64,000 bases of DNA. Source: Antedon mediterranea (lineage: Eukaryota; Animalia; Echinodermata). The stretch is taken from NCBI RefSeq assembly GCF_964355755.1, contig NC_092674.1, forward strand, positions 12,028,001-12,092,000, in the 5' to 3' direction. Shown here piece by piece: positions 15,001 to 28,300 of this stretch; within the stretch, counting starts at the first letter, position 1; every line of letters starts with the position of its first letter. The notes under the pieces were generated by a model. The model made no database searches. It saw nothing but the letters and a program-made list of their open reading frames with translations, and was not told the DNA's origin. Both the position numbers and the translations under genes were made by a program.

Positions 15001-16859
15001 GGGACACTTTTTAATAATATTTTCAGATCTGCTAGCAGAAAAAAAAAGCCTTCGAGCAGTCTTAAAGTAACAAGTAAACTGAAATTGCATTTTCTCGAGA
15101 GCTACTAGACCAAACAACTTCATTTTTGTACAAGAGGCAAGAGTTATAATTTGTGATTTGTAATTTTAAAACATAATTTGATTTAATGTAAACGAGTAGT
15201 TTAAAAAAACATATTTTCCAATTCGTGTTATGTTGTTGGCTTTCTATATAAATCAATTGTGTTGCGTAGCACTGTGTAAATTATATATAAATCATACTGT
15301 CAAATTATAGAAACAGTGCTCATATTCGGAACATGATCTTATAATCGCGTCGAGCATAGCTCATCAGCGAAAGTTCCGTATTTTTAATTGTATGTAAAAA
15401 TGTGGAATTCGAACCTGTGATCTGTCGTTTACCTATCATACCATAGATCACAGAGCCAAATGTGGTATTATCACAGATATTTACCGACCAGATACATTCT
15501 CTCATACAACAAACGCCCTCACAATCAGTGGAGGCTTAACTAGTCAGAATAAATTCCAACTGTGTTGTATGAGAGAATGTTTGTTGTATGAGACAATACA
15601 CTAACATTCTTTTACCTGCTTTACGAATTATAACAATTGCCGTCCGTGTGCTTACTCCTTCAAATTTTGCCTCAATTGAAAAAACACCAACTTGTTCTGG
15701 TATATTGGCTGATTTAATGACAACACCAAGTCTAGAGAGGGACCCGGCATATTTTTGAATTAAAGAGCCAGATGGAAAAAAGTAGGAGTCGTCTTTAATT
15801 GGTGTTGGTGTGGTCCAATTTACATTTTGTTTGCCTCGTTTATCATTCAGTATTCCTAATGTAATGTCTTCAGTAACATCATCTCCAAATGTATAGCCAA
15901 TAAATTTTGAATCCTGATTTCTCATAACTTCCGGTTTCGCTGACCAGCCTACCATATTAAGTATACGACCTGTAAGCAAATATAAACAACTTTGAAGCAA
16001 ATAATCGCTTATGTCGGTATTATTATACCTTGGATGTTCTTAGATACAAAGTGTCCTGGCTGCTATCTTAACGAAATATCTACATTACTCCAGCCCCTGT
16101 GGCCAGGGTTAAGTTAAGACAACTTTGAAAAACAGAGCTGCTAGATCCTCTGAAATATGAAACAAAATAGTCTCCAGTACCTTAGACCCATCATGTGTGA
16201 ACATTTTGGAATGGAAAAACATTTTGAAAAATACAGCAGCTAAGTCAATAGAAATTGGATTTTGAAATATGAAACAACATAAGTCTTATGTAGTTCAGTT
16301 TTAAAGGTAGGAAATATATTACTGACTACCTTTATAAGGCCAAATGACGTAAGCATGCGCACGATAATTCGATAATTTAACTCTTCCCTGGTAACAGTAA
16401 ATGAGTAGTTTATTATTATGTTGAAATGCCTTATAAGGTCGATACTAATGCATATATATGCATGCAATTACAATTTCCTGTTTTCTTTCCTTACTAAATG
16501 TATCACTGAGTACTCTGGGATTGGCAATATACTATACGGCACTAGTTGATTACAGAATGTGCTACAGTACATGTCCCCGACGTTAACAGCTGGTATTTCC
16601 AGCTAGAGGCCCTAATTTTGTGAAAGTGTACTGCGATAATAATTACGATATTGAAATATATCAACATCATTGACGACGTTTATACACTGAGTAAGTACAT
16701 GCCCAGTTTATTGAGAAAAATACTATGACACTAAATGCAAATTCCAATTAAATTCTCTCAGAGTAAATTGATTAAATCATGCATTTACTTACCCTGACAT
16801 TTCAATATTAGAAGCATTAAACAAAATATTGTCAACGTATACTTAGTCAAGTACTTCAT
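1..16859 (-). CDS. Receptor-type protein tyrosine phosphatase with Tie-like ectodomain, copy 1 (multi-exon; 3' part lies outside the window)
   Basis: AG/GT-bounded exons: 16793-16859 (signal peptide MKYLTKYTLTIFCLMLLILKCQG), 15616-15969 (N-terminal domain), 8353-8592 (Ig, DGGVYEC), 7586-7720, 7194-7337, 6811-6933, 6242-6391 (EGF-like), 5613-5918, 4497-4564, 3961-4189, 3447-3722, 2939-3147, 2615-2702 (FN3), 2231-2309 (TM GAIVGSVTGSIALVTAIVFVIYFLMKR), ~1741-1817, ~823-1034, ~347-436 (KNRYANVIP), 1-43 (DDHSRVIL). The exon order matches copy 2. Confidence 0.88.
9187..10472 (+). CDS. L1/Tx1 ORF1 (gag-like, CCHC zinc knuckles)
   Basis: Open frame with CFECGMLGHKVNAC, a second degenerate knuckle (LCNKPGHTANNC) and a Lys/Glu-rich C-terminus; first ATG at 9187. 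Confidence 0.85.
10561..14310 (+). pseudogene. L1/Tx1 ORF2 (APE endonuclease, reverse transcriptase, C-terminal Cys/His motif), interrupted
   Basis: TLNVRG, LQETH, GGDMN, RLDY, SDH (APE); KSPGSDG, WRPITLLNTDYKI, DFKKAFD, GVRQGCPLS, QF/ADD (RT); CGRCGEVQDEEHIFFTC. Frameshifts near 11605 (A run) and 12677; in-frame TGA at 13825. Confidence 0.92.
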
Positions 16860-17764
16860 GTTTCGACCTGTATATTGATAGTGAAAGATAACGTGCTTTT
16901 ATCACTATATATGTGTACAAGCTACAGAAGGCAAAATCAAACAGAAACAATAGCTTGTGTAAAATGACGTAATTGATTAAATGTTAAATGTTTAACAATT
17001 TATTAAAAACTGTACATAACGAAAGAGAAAAACTAAGGCTAAAATAATGAAAGGGAAGTATATGTTGTGCTATCATCATCAATGGAAAACGCCGAGTCAA
17101 ATTGTGGTATATAAAACATTTTGAATCTATCGAAGTAATTTAGATACAAAATGAATATTCTTAGGCTAAAACAATCAGTAGGTCTATAAGTTTATTAATA
17201 TACACTTATTCTAAAAATATAAAGTTAGTATCTATTTTAATTTTCTTTTGTTCATGATAGCTTGTTTTATATTGTCAGGATCAATTTCAATAATCCATTA
17301 TATTTTTGCCTTGTGTTGATAAAAAATGTTTCGTTTTATGTTTTTTTTTTCAATCCTTTTTTTCTTTTTTTTCTTTTTATTTTGTTACATTTGTTAAAAA
17401 TTTAAAATACAGGTATTAAACTTCCTCTAAAACTGCTACTGGTATTTAAATGCTAACAGTATCATCAAGTAAATATTTGATCCAGATGAAAACCGTCGAC
17501 TCCCCCTGTTTCTGTTGTTACCCATCCCAAGCTTTGTGTACTTACATTCCTGGACACATATGCATGCACGTATCAACCTCCAAATGTTACTACTTTCTGG
17601 GTTTTGCCTCTTAATTATTTATATTTAAATTGTTATTTTGTTTACTTTGAAATGATAAGAAATAAATGTTATTATGAATGAATGGATGAACATTCCCATC
17701 TATTAATACACAAAAGTGAATTAACTCATGAAATATCAGTAACAATAGTAATATATTATATAAA

Positions 17765-19236
17765 CTAGATGGTACGCTCGCTTCGCTCGCGTACCATCTA
17801 GGTCGTGCCCACAGATGGTTCTCAAATACATAATAATTTCAGCGTTAAAGAACTGGCGATTTCAAATGTACGTACCGCAGGACAATAATACATGTCGTTT
17901 ACAGGAACGAATAAATAGACACTGTGATTTATGTACTCAACTAAAATTAGCACCCTGGGAATTACTTCCGAAAGAGAAACTTGTCACAAAATGAGACAAA
18001 TTGTTTAAGTCAAATTTAAACAAACTTAATTTGTGTTTTGTATGTAACATTAGGGTTGAGGGATGGGGAAGAGGATGGGTGCAAAGAAGAACAATTTTTA
18101 AATATATTCTTTATCCATTTAGTAACGAAATATTAATTGTTTTCATGTTTTACAAATAATATACCACTATACACAGTAAAACATTGCGATTTAATACTTT
18201 GTTGAAACTATCACCGTCGATTGAAATAGTATAGGCCCTAGTACATGTAACGATACATCACTACGACGTGTATATGTTTATATAATTTAAAACAATTTGT
18301 GAAAACCACCTCTATTCGGGTAAAATCATGAATTCGATTTAATGGTCAATAATATTAAATTATCTAACTCAACTTAATTAGTAGGCATAATGGTTTTCAA
18401 TTGTTTCTTAGAGCCAATTCATACTTAAGTTGGTTCCTATACCCTACCCTCCAAAGTTGTTCTGCGTTTAGGGCATGTGATGTACCGTAGGCCCATCCTC
18501 TACTGGTTTTACAACGCTACTCATGCCAGTGAGGGAAGGCTGGTGATGTGGGTGGTTTAACTGCAATAATAAAGATGTGTACATAATATACGGCGAGTGA
18601 AAGCGCTAGCTCATTATCTGTTTAAAAAAATGTATATCCAACCTCTGCAGCACAGATTGAAATGGTTGGGTTGGTTGAAAAAAAAAATGGATCGAATTTC
18701 TGTTATGAGTAGGCCTATACAGTACTTTCCTTTACGACGCCTGAGTGAATAGACACTTGTGGAACAGAGATTGGAATGTTCCATTCATCGCAAATCAATA
18801 CATTTTTGTATAAACGTATATTAAATCTATCAAAATGGTATTTTAAAAAAAAATCGGCCTGTCTTCAACATTATGATGCTGTACTCGAGCTTTTCAACCG
18901 GTTTTCAGCCATTAAAAACAATTATCGTAGGAGGAGATAGGAAAATGCGAAGCATCCTCGTATTATTGTCTGCGGGTATTTTTCAAGACGGACATCCATT
19001 AGACAGTGTATACCACGATCGACAAACACCCCTATTTGGGGCAAATCGTTGAACCTAAATTCGTTTTAATCGTCAATAACTAATTATCGAACTCAATTTA
19101 ATTAGTAAACAGGGTTACATCTGGTGGTTAAAATCAGTACCGAAAGTACGAACCAACTTTATATACCATCGAGTAAACATTCTAGAAATAACGCGCGATT
19201 TACCGAATTTTGCCCTTACGTAAATTTATATATAGA
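17765..19236 (-). mobile_element. Non-autonomous Helitron, family copy A
   Basis: Minus strand starts TC(TATATATAAATTTACGTAAGGGC) and ends with the hairpin CTAGATGGTACGC-GAGCGAAGCGA-GCGTACCATCTAG; inserted between A and T with no TSD; homologous to 36481, 43540 and 58391. Confidence 0.88.
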
Positions 19237-19329
19237 TATCAGTTAAAGTAATACAGCGCCAACTAGAAAAAAACGCAATGTATAGTAACTAACAACCGGA
19301 AACATTAGCAGATGAATAACTTATAATTA

Positions 19330-20196
19330 TATAGATGATTATTAGACAAGGGATCAAGCAAGTACATATATATACAGGCGGTTTAGAATTAATGTTCTTG
19401 CCTGATTTGTTTATATATATATATTTGTGGCAAACAGTACGTCGGAGAAACAAAAAACACTCTCCGTATGAGAATGACACAACATAGATCAGCTATCAAA
19501 ACATTAAAGCTTGATCAACCTGTAGCCGAACATTATAATTCAGCTGGTCACTCGATTGCAAATTTCAGAGTTATTGCAATAGACCACGATGTCAAATGGA
19601 GCGACAAAACTCGCAAAGACAAAGAAAACCACTGGGAATTACTACTTAAAACCACAAAACCTTTTGGACTTAACATTAGGAACATACTCCCAGATCGGTA
19701 AAATTATTCCATTGACTACCAAAATTTAAGTTTCAATATTAACCTCCATTTAAGCTGTTTTTTAGTCTCATTCCAAAATTGTTTATATCCCTACCAAGCT
19801 ACCTTCTTTGTTTTCCACTCTTATTCAGACTCCACCCTGGCTCCCTTTGTTATATTTCTTTTATTCCTGTCCACCCAGGCAGCACTTGCCAGCTTTATAC
19901 TATGACGTTTCATTGATTTTCAGTAATTTGCCTTTGGATTTATATATATATATATATATAAATCCAAAGGCAAATTACTGAAATAAATGACAATGCTGTG
20001 GGTATCAGTGGCTGGATCTCAATGGAGATACAAAAATAAAAAGCGAAAAGCTAAATCAAAACGATAAAGTAAACAGCCAGAAAAGTTAGCAGAGCTTTCG
20101 GGCAACACTAGCCATTCATCAGTGCAAGTGAAGGAATTTGGATAACGTCATAGTATAAAGCTGGCAAGTGCTGCAAGTGCTGTAATTTGCCTTTGG

Positions 20197-20238
<42 letters not shown>

Positions 20239-20370
20239 CCAAAGGCAAATTACTGAACAAAATGACAATGCTGTGGGTATCAATGGCTGGATCTCAATGG
20301 AGATACAAAAATAAAAAGCGAAAAGCTAAATCAAAACGATAAAGTAAACAGCCAGAAAAGTTAGCAGATA
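19330..20370 (+). mobile_element. Penelope-like element 3' remnant: GIY-YIG endonuclease C-terminus plus direct and inverted pseudo-LTR copies around (TA)n
   Basis: YVGETKNTLRMRMTQHRS...PVAEHYN...H...KENHWELLLKTTKPFGLN (to 19701); 19880-19940 recurs inverted at 19960-20175 and again at 20183-20368. Confidence 0.85.
20089..20125 (-). ncRNA. Minimal type I hammerhead ribozyme in the Penelope pseudo-LTR
   Basis: Minus strand reads GCA-CTGATGA-AT-GGC-TAGTGTT-GCC-C-GAAA-GCTC|TGC: both core boxes, a 3-bp stem I, stem II, a palindromic AGCT in place of stem III, and a CUC cleavage triplet. Confidence 0.8.
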
Positions 20371-20828
20371 TATATATATATATTACATCAAAATCCACCT
20401 AAGCAATATATGACAATAAAATAAAATTTGGTACTCATAAATTTCAGGTCCTATTTCACCATATGGCAATACAATTACGTGCGTATCGCATATAACGCAT
20501 GCGTACGCGTGCTTGAAATTGTCAAAATTTATTTTCGATGAAATTAGAGTAGTTTCAGGCAATTTTAGGCGTTTAAAAAATTGCAATGAGTGCACAGTTT
20601 TTCCAAAGCGCACTGCGCTTTAAGCCTTAATATGCACTCTTTTTGCCCGATTTCTGTTTTACAACCTTTCTTTAGTAATATCATCAAGAATCTCCATGTA
20701 GGGCTTTCTCTTTCCAGACCTTGGTTTTCTCCTCTTGCCACCTCTTCTGATAATCTATAAGATTTCCTTTGTCATCTAACACCTTCTTCTTTAAAGCAAA
20801 TTACAGCATCCACTGTAGTACTTTTCCT

Positions 20829-20925
20829 CTACTCTACAGCTCACTATGTCGGTCGGTTGGTGGGTCGGTCGGTTTATCGGTCGGTAAACACTAACTCAAA
20901 TTTGAGCACGCGACTGCATATGGCT
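20829..20925 (+). mobile_element. Short HINE/DINE-1-like (Helentron-associated) element, 5' truncated
   Basis: CTCTACAGCTCACTATGTCGG(TCGG)n...TAAACACTAAC...GAGCACGCGACTGC, shared with 26767-26905. Confidence 0.55.
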
Positions 20926-22336
20926 TTTTTTTTTCGAGACTCTTGGTTTAGGCCATTTACTTACATAATACATAGACCAGCGTCCCGTAGCATATAAACA
21001 ATAAATACAAAAATTAGATGCAATTTGAATTATTACTATTTTAAATGCACACAAAAATAAATGTATACACTTTTTTCTATTCTATTAAAATTTATTGAAG
21101 CTAATATCAGTATGAGGATGTACTCCGTAATAATATTAAACAAATTGCAGTATTATTTGTATTATTCTATAGATAGTTTCTCAATATTTTTAGATGTAAC
21201 TTCCTATTTGATAACATTATTACAAAATCTAGAACAAGAAGTTTCAAATGTAAATATTTCGCTACCACTTAAAATGTTCAAGAGTTTTTTTGATAACACA
21301 CATTTATTTATTTATACTACACTGCAGTAATGTTTTATGGTTATTTTGGTATTAATAGGCCTACAATCTTTCATTTTATGTAGCTCTAATTTTACAACCA
21401 ATTATAATAATAATATTAATTATTCATTGAAACTAAATTCCCATTTTTTTTGTTTATCATAAGAATTATTTCCTTTAGACACTTACTAACATTGTCAATA
21501 TAAAAAAAAGACGACAAAGCGTTATTGATTATCTATGTTTTGTTACAATATGCATATTTCCAGTATTCCTTATAATAAATTTAGTTTGTAATGTTTCCGT
21601 TCAAATTGCTATACAATAATGTGCATACTAATCATCAATAAAAACCATCGTGTATTTGAGTTTGTTTGTTCTTGTGTACAATAGGAGGTCTATAATATTT
21701 TTGTAGGTAAGTAATGTAGAAAATATTATTCATTATTGATATTCCTGTATTATTGAAAAGTCATTGAAAAGTTTATTATTTATAGATCGCTATCTTTGAC
21801 AATTAATGCTGAAAATAATATATATAAAAAAACGATATACATAATATATAACTACCAGTTTAGTATTATGCTCTAAAATAGTTCAGAATAAAACAAAATC
21901 CAAAAGTACCGTAGTGGATAAACAACCGTTCGGAAGATATTAGTGTACATGTTAAAGAATTTTTTAAAAGAATTTTCGCACAGTTACTTCAATCATTCTA
22001 CATAATAAAACGTTTATTATTACGCAACACACAACTTTATGATAAAATATGCTTCCTGCCTATACACTGTTAATATTTCTAATTATTTTATTGGCAGAGG
22101 TTAATATGGAGATAATTAATTTGGGTTTACTAAATATAAGTACAAGTTATGATAGTGTGACTACCCTAATAATATCCACAGTAACATACTATAAACAAAC
22201 TCGTTGAAAAAATACATATTAAATATTTTAATCGATATTGTATTTTTACGTTTTCGTAATGTTAGAAATGTTATAATTTATGATATTAAACTTTCATTTG
22301 TTGCTGGATATCAGATTGCAATGATTTTGAATTTGT

Positions 22337-25300
22337 TTAAATTTTCGTAATTTTGCGAACTAGCCAGGATGCGGCCGCATCGTAGCAAAACTTATACTGC
22401 TCCTAGAGTAAAAAATAGAAAGGAAAACAATATGAAAAAAATATACCATTCAATTCTGATAAATGTACAGAATCTAGTATTTTAGCATTAATCATGTTCT
22501 ACACATGAGTTGAGCTACGCAAAAAGCATTGTATATTATTTGGTAATATGTATTTCTCTTTCTGTGAGTTTAAATACAAGAAAAAGTTGCGTTATGGGTA
22601 TTTTAAATTATGCTATATTGAAATTTCTTTTCTTTTCTCTTTTCTTATGTACATTCTTATAATAAGAAACTACAGGCATTAACATACTGAAAAAAAACAA
22701 GCACATATAACACATGGATACGAATCAACACACTTTAAAATGTTAAAAAAGACGAATACGATACTAACCATGTTGTCAACCATATATGGACATGATTTAC
22801 GTAATGTTTTTACTGTATGGTATACATCTACTAAAGTCTCCTCTTTGATCTTCTGAATAATCGATGACACTGCACAATAAAGTCCGCAACACATTGCGCC
22901 GTCCCTTTTGGATGGATGGATGGATGGAAGAATGATTAAAACAATTACAAATAAATTAATAGGCCTACAACTGTTATGGACACTGGTGCAATATGGATTC
23001 AAATTCGTAAGTATATAATAAATTAAGGCGATTGGTGGTAGATATAATAATATTTAGGGAGTACGTCGTTGAGAACTACACCTCTCTATAATATCATTAT
23101 TTTATTATGATATTTTTTGTATTTTTACACTTCATAGAAATATTTATTTGTGTATCTATAAAACTAGACATATCGTTTATACGAGGAATGAGTGACTTGA
23201 TTCACTTTTTATCACATAATTAATGCATATTTAGATAATATTATACTGTGTGAAGTCAATATTTGTGTTTTTAAGCATACTTAAGTTACTTTAGTCTTCT
23301 GTTACCGATTATATATAAAGTTGATATAAATAACAAAATTTCAGTCTCAATCTTATTAACATTCGTTTTAAGTCATGCAATTTAATGATATAACTTAATT
23401 TATTTCAGAAAGTCTGGTTGCTTCAACATTATCCCTTTCTCTAACACACTTACAAGTGAGTAAAACAAGATAGCACAGTCTATTTTAACAATTATTTGAA
23501 CGTGTTACGTTTATCATCTTCTATATCATTTTCTGATCATCAGCACACTTTATCGTTATTTATCGTTGTTAAGACTCTTTACTGAAATAACAATTATTAC
23601 ATTCCACGACTTACTGGCAAACAATGACTGCTGGGAATCGTTTACAAGACTGTTGACGTCTCTCCACACTTGATATCAGAGATAGAAACGAATCCATGTC
23701 TGGTACGCTGCTATTCACCTGCCATTGTGTGTATACTAAACGAAATATCTGTTGTTTTGTTTTACCCTACAAAAGTAATGACATATTACTTTTAAAACGT
23801 GTAGTTCATAGAGTGCTTGATATCACAACCAAAAATAAAAAGATATGGTACTTCTGTCTTGCTATTTTAATGGAAATGTAAATCGTGGCATTCTTTTATG
23901 TTTTTTTAATTTTTAAGGTATTACTTATTGTTGTGACATTAATACAATATGAATATTCTACTGATAACAATAGAAGGTGTGATTACACGTGAAATGATGA
24001 AGATGATAATAATGATGATAATGAAGATGATGATGGTGATGATGATTTTTAATGGCACTATTTCTACTACATTTGATAAATATTATATTGTTTCTATACC
24101 TTCTGTAATTCGAGTGTCTGTTGAACGATAGCTTCATCTTTACGTTCAAACGACTTAAGTGTGACAATATACTCTCCACATTCAAGTTGTTCATTAATGT
24201 TTTCGGGTATGAAATTTGCATACGACTTGTCTTCCAACTCATTCAATGATACTATTATTTGAGACTCATAATCAAATACCATGTTCCAAAAGTCAGCATA
24301 TGTGTTTACAGAATCCGAGATCGGTGACTGAGCTGTAACGAATGCCTTTGATCTATTGTACAGCTATAAAGAGTAACATAACACAATAACACTACACATT
24401 GATTTCTTTGGGTTTCAAATACATGCAACACAATATTAGGATTGTTGACAAAGTATACAGTATATCTGATGATCATCCGCTAGTAATGTCAAAAAAGAAA
24501 CAATATTCTGTTTTTTAAACACCTAGAAATGTTCAACAAAGAAAAATTTAACTGTGCTATTGTTTATACTTTCTAGGTCTTAAGGTATTTTTATTGTATA
24601 CTTATAGTTTTTAAGCATAAGTAATAGCATACATCACATATCGATGTGATTCCAAGGTAATATCCATCAGTCGACCGGTTCAGTCGACGAGGGTAACCTA
24701 CCAGTTCCAGGTATTCTGAAATAAAATACGTAAGTGTAAACAATACGGTACAGCTTAATTATAGTACGAACATAGCAATATGCCTGTGTGTAAATGTGTT
24801 TAATTTACTTCATACAGTGAAAAATAAAAATACAAACAGCTTACCTGGTAGACCCATATACATTTTGTCTTTTCCATTCGATACAAATTCTCCTTTTGTG
24901 TTTGGTGTCATGCTTTGTAGGGTCTGTGCGATAATAAAACATCTATATATTTACAATTGTGTTATACAGCATGAAATTGAATCACATACCAGTGGAAAAA
25001 ACACACAATGAAAAGACAAGAAATGAAAATAAATAAGTAGGCATACAACATGGAAATGATCTCCTTCTTAGGAAATATTGCTGTTTCAACATGCAAGTAT
25101 CATAGGAATATCTGGTAATACAGCTTCTCATTTCTATCACATATAGTGCCTGTATCATGTAAGGTTAAGGGATATGTTAAGGTATACGGCACTAACGGAA
25201 ACATGTGAAACATAATGATTTGTATAGACAAATATTCCTATGATACAACATAACGCCAGCATATAACATACATTGTTTTTAACAGAAATATACTATTAAA

Positions 25301-28300
25301 ATGACGCTCTATTGTTTGCTATATGAAAGATGAGAAATAAGAAAAAAACAAACAATAGTGTAGTTACCGTAAATTGTTGAGATATTATGGATTCTTCATT
25401 AACTCCATTAGTTGTGAGATTACGTAAAGCATAACCCAGTTCCATTGCTGGAATTGTCGTTTGTCCGCAGAACAACATTTCAAGTAACACTTCGTAGATG
25501 AATATATACTGTTCCTACAGTAGATAAGATATGGAACTTTTATTTTACTGCTGTTAAGTAAGTACCATTTATAACTAAACGTTAAATCATTATGGTATCT
25601 TATAAGGATATAAATGTATTACACAAAACAAGAAATATAGACGCAAATTGTAAAAAATTTTCTATAAAGAGTGTTACCTTCTTTATTTTCTGCTGATAAA
25701 TGTTGATAATTTAACTTTCTATACACTTTATACTTTCTATGTATAGAATGGGTTTCAACTATCCGTGACTAGACATATTTTAATACAGAATACATAAACT
25801 TTATGATAAAAATCATGCACACTGAATATACCGTATATAACAATTAGAGAAATACTATATAACAAAACGTTTTCTATTGAATTTAAAAATACAAATAAAA
25901 AAATAAAAAAAGATAAATAAAAAAAAAACGATTAAATTCCGCCTGGCCATCGCATTGTAAATACCTAGGCCTATAACAATTTGTTCAAAATGGTAGTACA
26001 TATAATATTGATGTGAGCACAGAGTTTAATTCCTGATAATAACATATTATACTAAAATGATGTGTATTTCTTATTATATTATCATTACTTTTGTTTCGAC
26101 CATCAGTATACGTTTGTCTCTCATGCTTCGCACAAAATTAAAAACATCAACACTTCCTTCATGTTTCGCCATATCCAACATAGCGAAGATGGATATGATA
26201 GTGCCAGTTCGTCCGGCTCCAGTGCTAAATAAACAACAATAATAGTAACATATTTATAAAAATATGAAAATTAATATTTTGATGTGGAACAAACAAATTA
26301 CTTGAATTCAATATTATGAAGCACATACACTCATTTGATGATGTATTTTGTATTTTAACTTGTGATGTATAATACAAGACTGTAATTATTAAAACAATTT
26401 TAATACAAATGCATATATCAAATAGGCCTATTACCTACACCTTTATGAAATTATCAAAATTAGTATTATATAAATTATTTGTATTTATTCAAACATTTAA
26501 GATCTAACACAACCTAGTGAAAGCAATTTCTGTAACATACCTGCAATGAACAATAACAGGTCCAGTGTTTGGTGGTGCTTTTTTCTGTTCATCTTTAAAT
26601 TTGTGAATGAAATCCACGAGATGTGTCACCTCACTCGGTACACTCTTGTCTGGCCATGATATGAAGTGATAGTGCCATACACTACGGATTTCTTCACATC
26701 CAGCCTAAACACATTGAAGTAAAAGTGTCTATATTACTAGTACCATGGCATCGTATTTTAGTATAGTTTTTAGTCGCGTTCGACTCTACAGCTCACTATG
26801 TCGGTCGGTTGGTCGGTCGGTCGATTGGTCGGTCGGTCGGTTGGTCGGTCGGTCGGTAAACACTAACTTGAGCACGCGACTGCCGCCATGTATATCGCCT
26901 TGTTTATTTAGTTTTGCACTAATAATTAGAAGGAAATCCTAATTATAGGCTTGATACCAGCTATTTTCCCACAAATAGCCAAAAATTGAAAAAAAAATGT
27001 CGAAGAGAAATATAATAATGATTGTAAAAATATTATTGTCTTTCTGAAAAAAAGAAAAAAAATAACTATAGCAAGGATAAGTTAGACAATGATTGTAGGG
27101 CCGTTACTGAACGTGTAATCTTAAGCTAACAACATGGTTGCGGACCTTACGCTTTACATGCTTCCGTGATTTTGGTCCACAATAACAAAAACATTAATCA
27201 CAAAATGTCATTAATAAAACGGCCACTAAACAGTGCTAAAGTAACATTGCCAACTGCATCAGCTTGAGACTATTATCATTGTAAATAAATATCAACATTA
27301 TTTTCGAAATTACCATTTGAACTTGAAATTTTCGAATAACATAATGTTTATGTTCCTGTTCTTCAGCATTTGTTACAATGATTTTTCCATACAGATTGAC
27401 ATGAGAAAATTCTGGCCAATATTTCTCAGATTCTTTCTGAAAACACGAACACATTTATGGTTAGTGTATAATGATAGCAGTGTGCGTGTGAAACACATGT
27501 GATGTTGTATTCCGAAATATTCTATGATACTAAAGAAATATAGATACAATATCGAGAATCTGTGTTTTTGCAGTATTTACTCTAATTACTATAAAGTTTG
27601 TTTTAGCAATCTGATTTTGATGCTACTCAAATAAATACATTTTTAAATAATTTACCTTTATTCCTTCTAAAACATTTGTTACCATGACGATAACCGTAGA
27701 ATTCCCTTGCCAAACCATCCTCCACATATCATTTGCTGATGCTAAATTCGGTTCTATAATTAATAAAGGATTTATTAAATATTAAATTGTAGTTGTGCCG
27801 AAGGTAGCCTAAGGTAAATAAAATCTTATATCCTAAGTGAGTTAGTAATTTTTAAAAGGCACAAATCCCACATAGTAGGTTCATTATTCAATATAAGCAA
27901 AAAATACGATTACATTGTATAACTGTATTCTGACATACCAAGATGTGACTCGACTAGAATCTTTGACTGATTACAAACCATTCTCATGTGAAAATAGTTT
28001 TTTTGTTATCCAACCAAAAATAGATGATAAGTTACCTTCTTGACACGAATAGCAACTGTTAAGAAGGTAACTACCATTCTTACTGTTGATTTGATAAAAA
28101 GAAATGTCTATATTGATTTAGTATTACAAAACAGATGGCCATTTACAATAAGTACACCTGTGTGTAAACATTTAAAATTTTAAATATTGATTACGTGTGA
28201 GATTTTTTTTTTCAACACATAGATTAAAATAAAGATATTTGTAACGTTTCAAGTTACTCAATTATCTTCATAATATCGTACCTTGACATGCAATAAATTT

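Noticed and set aside
23949-24242. His-rich and Met-rich ORFs
   Set aside because: Produced by a degenerate intronic (ATG)n microsatellite and by off-frame reading of a PTP D2 exon.
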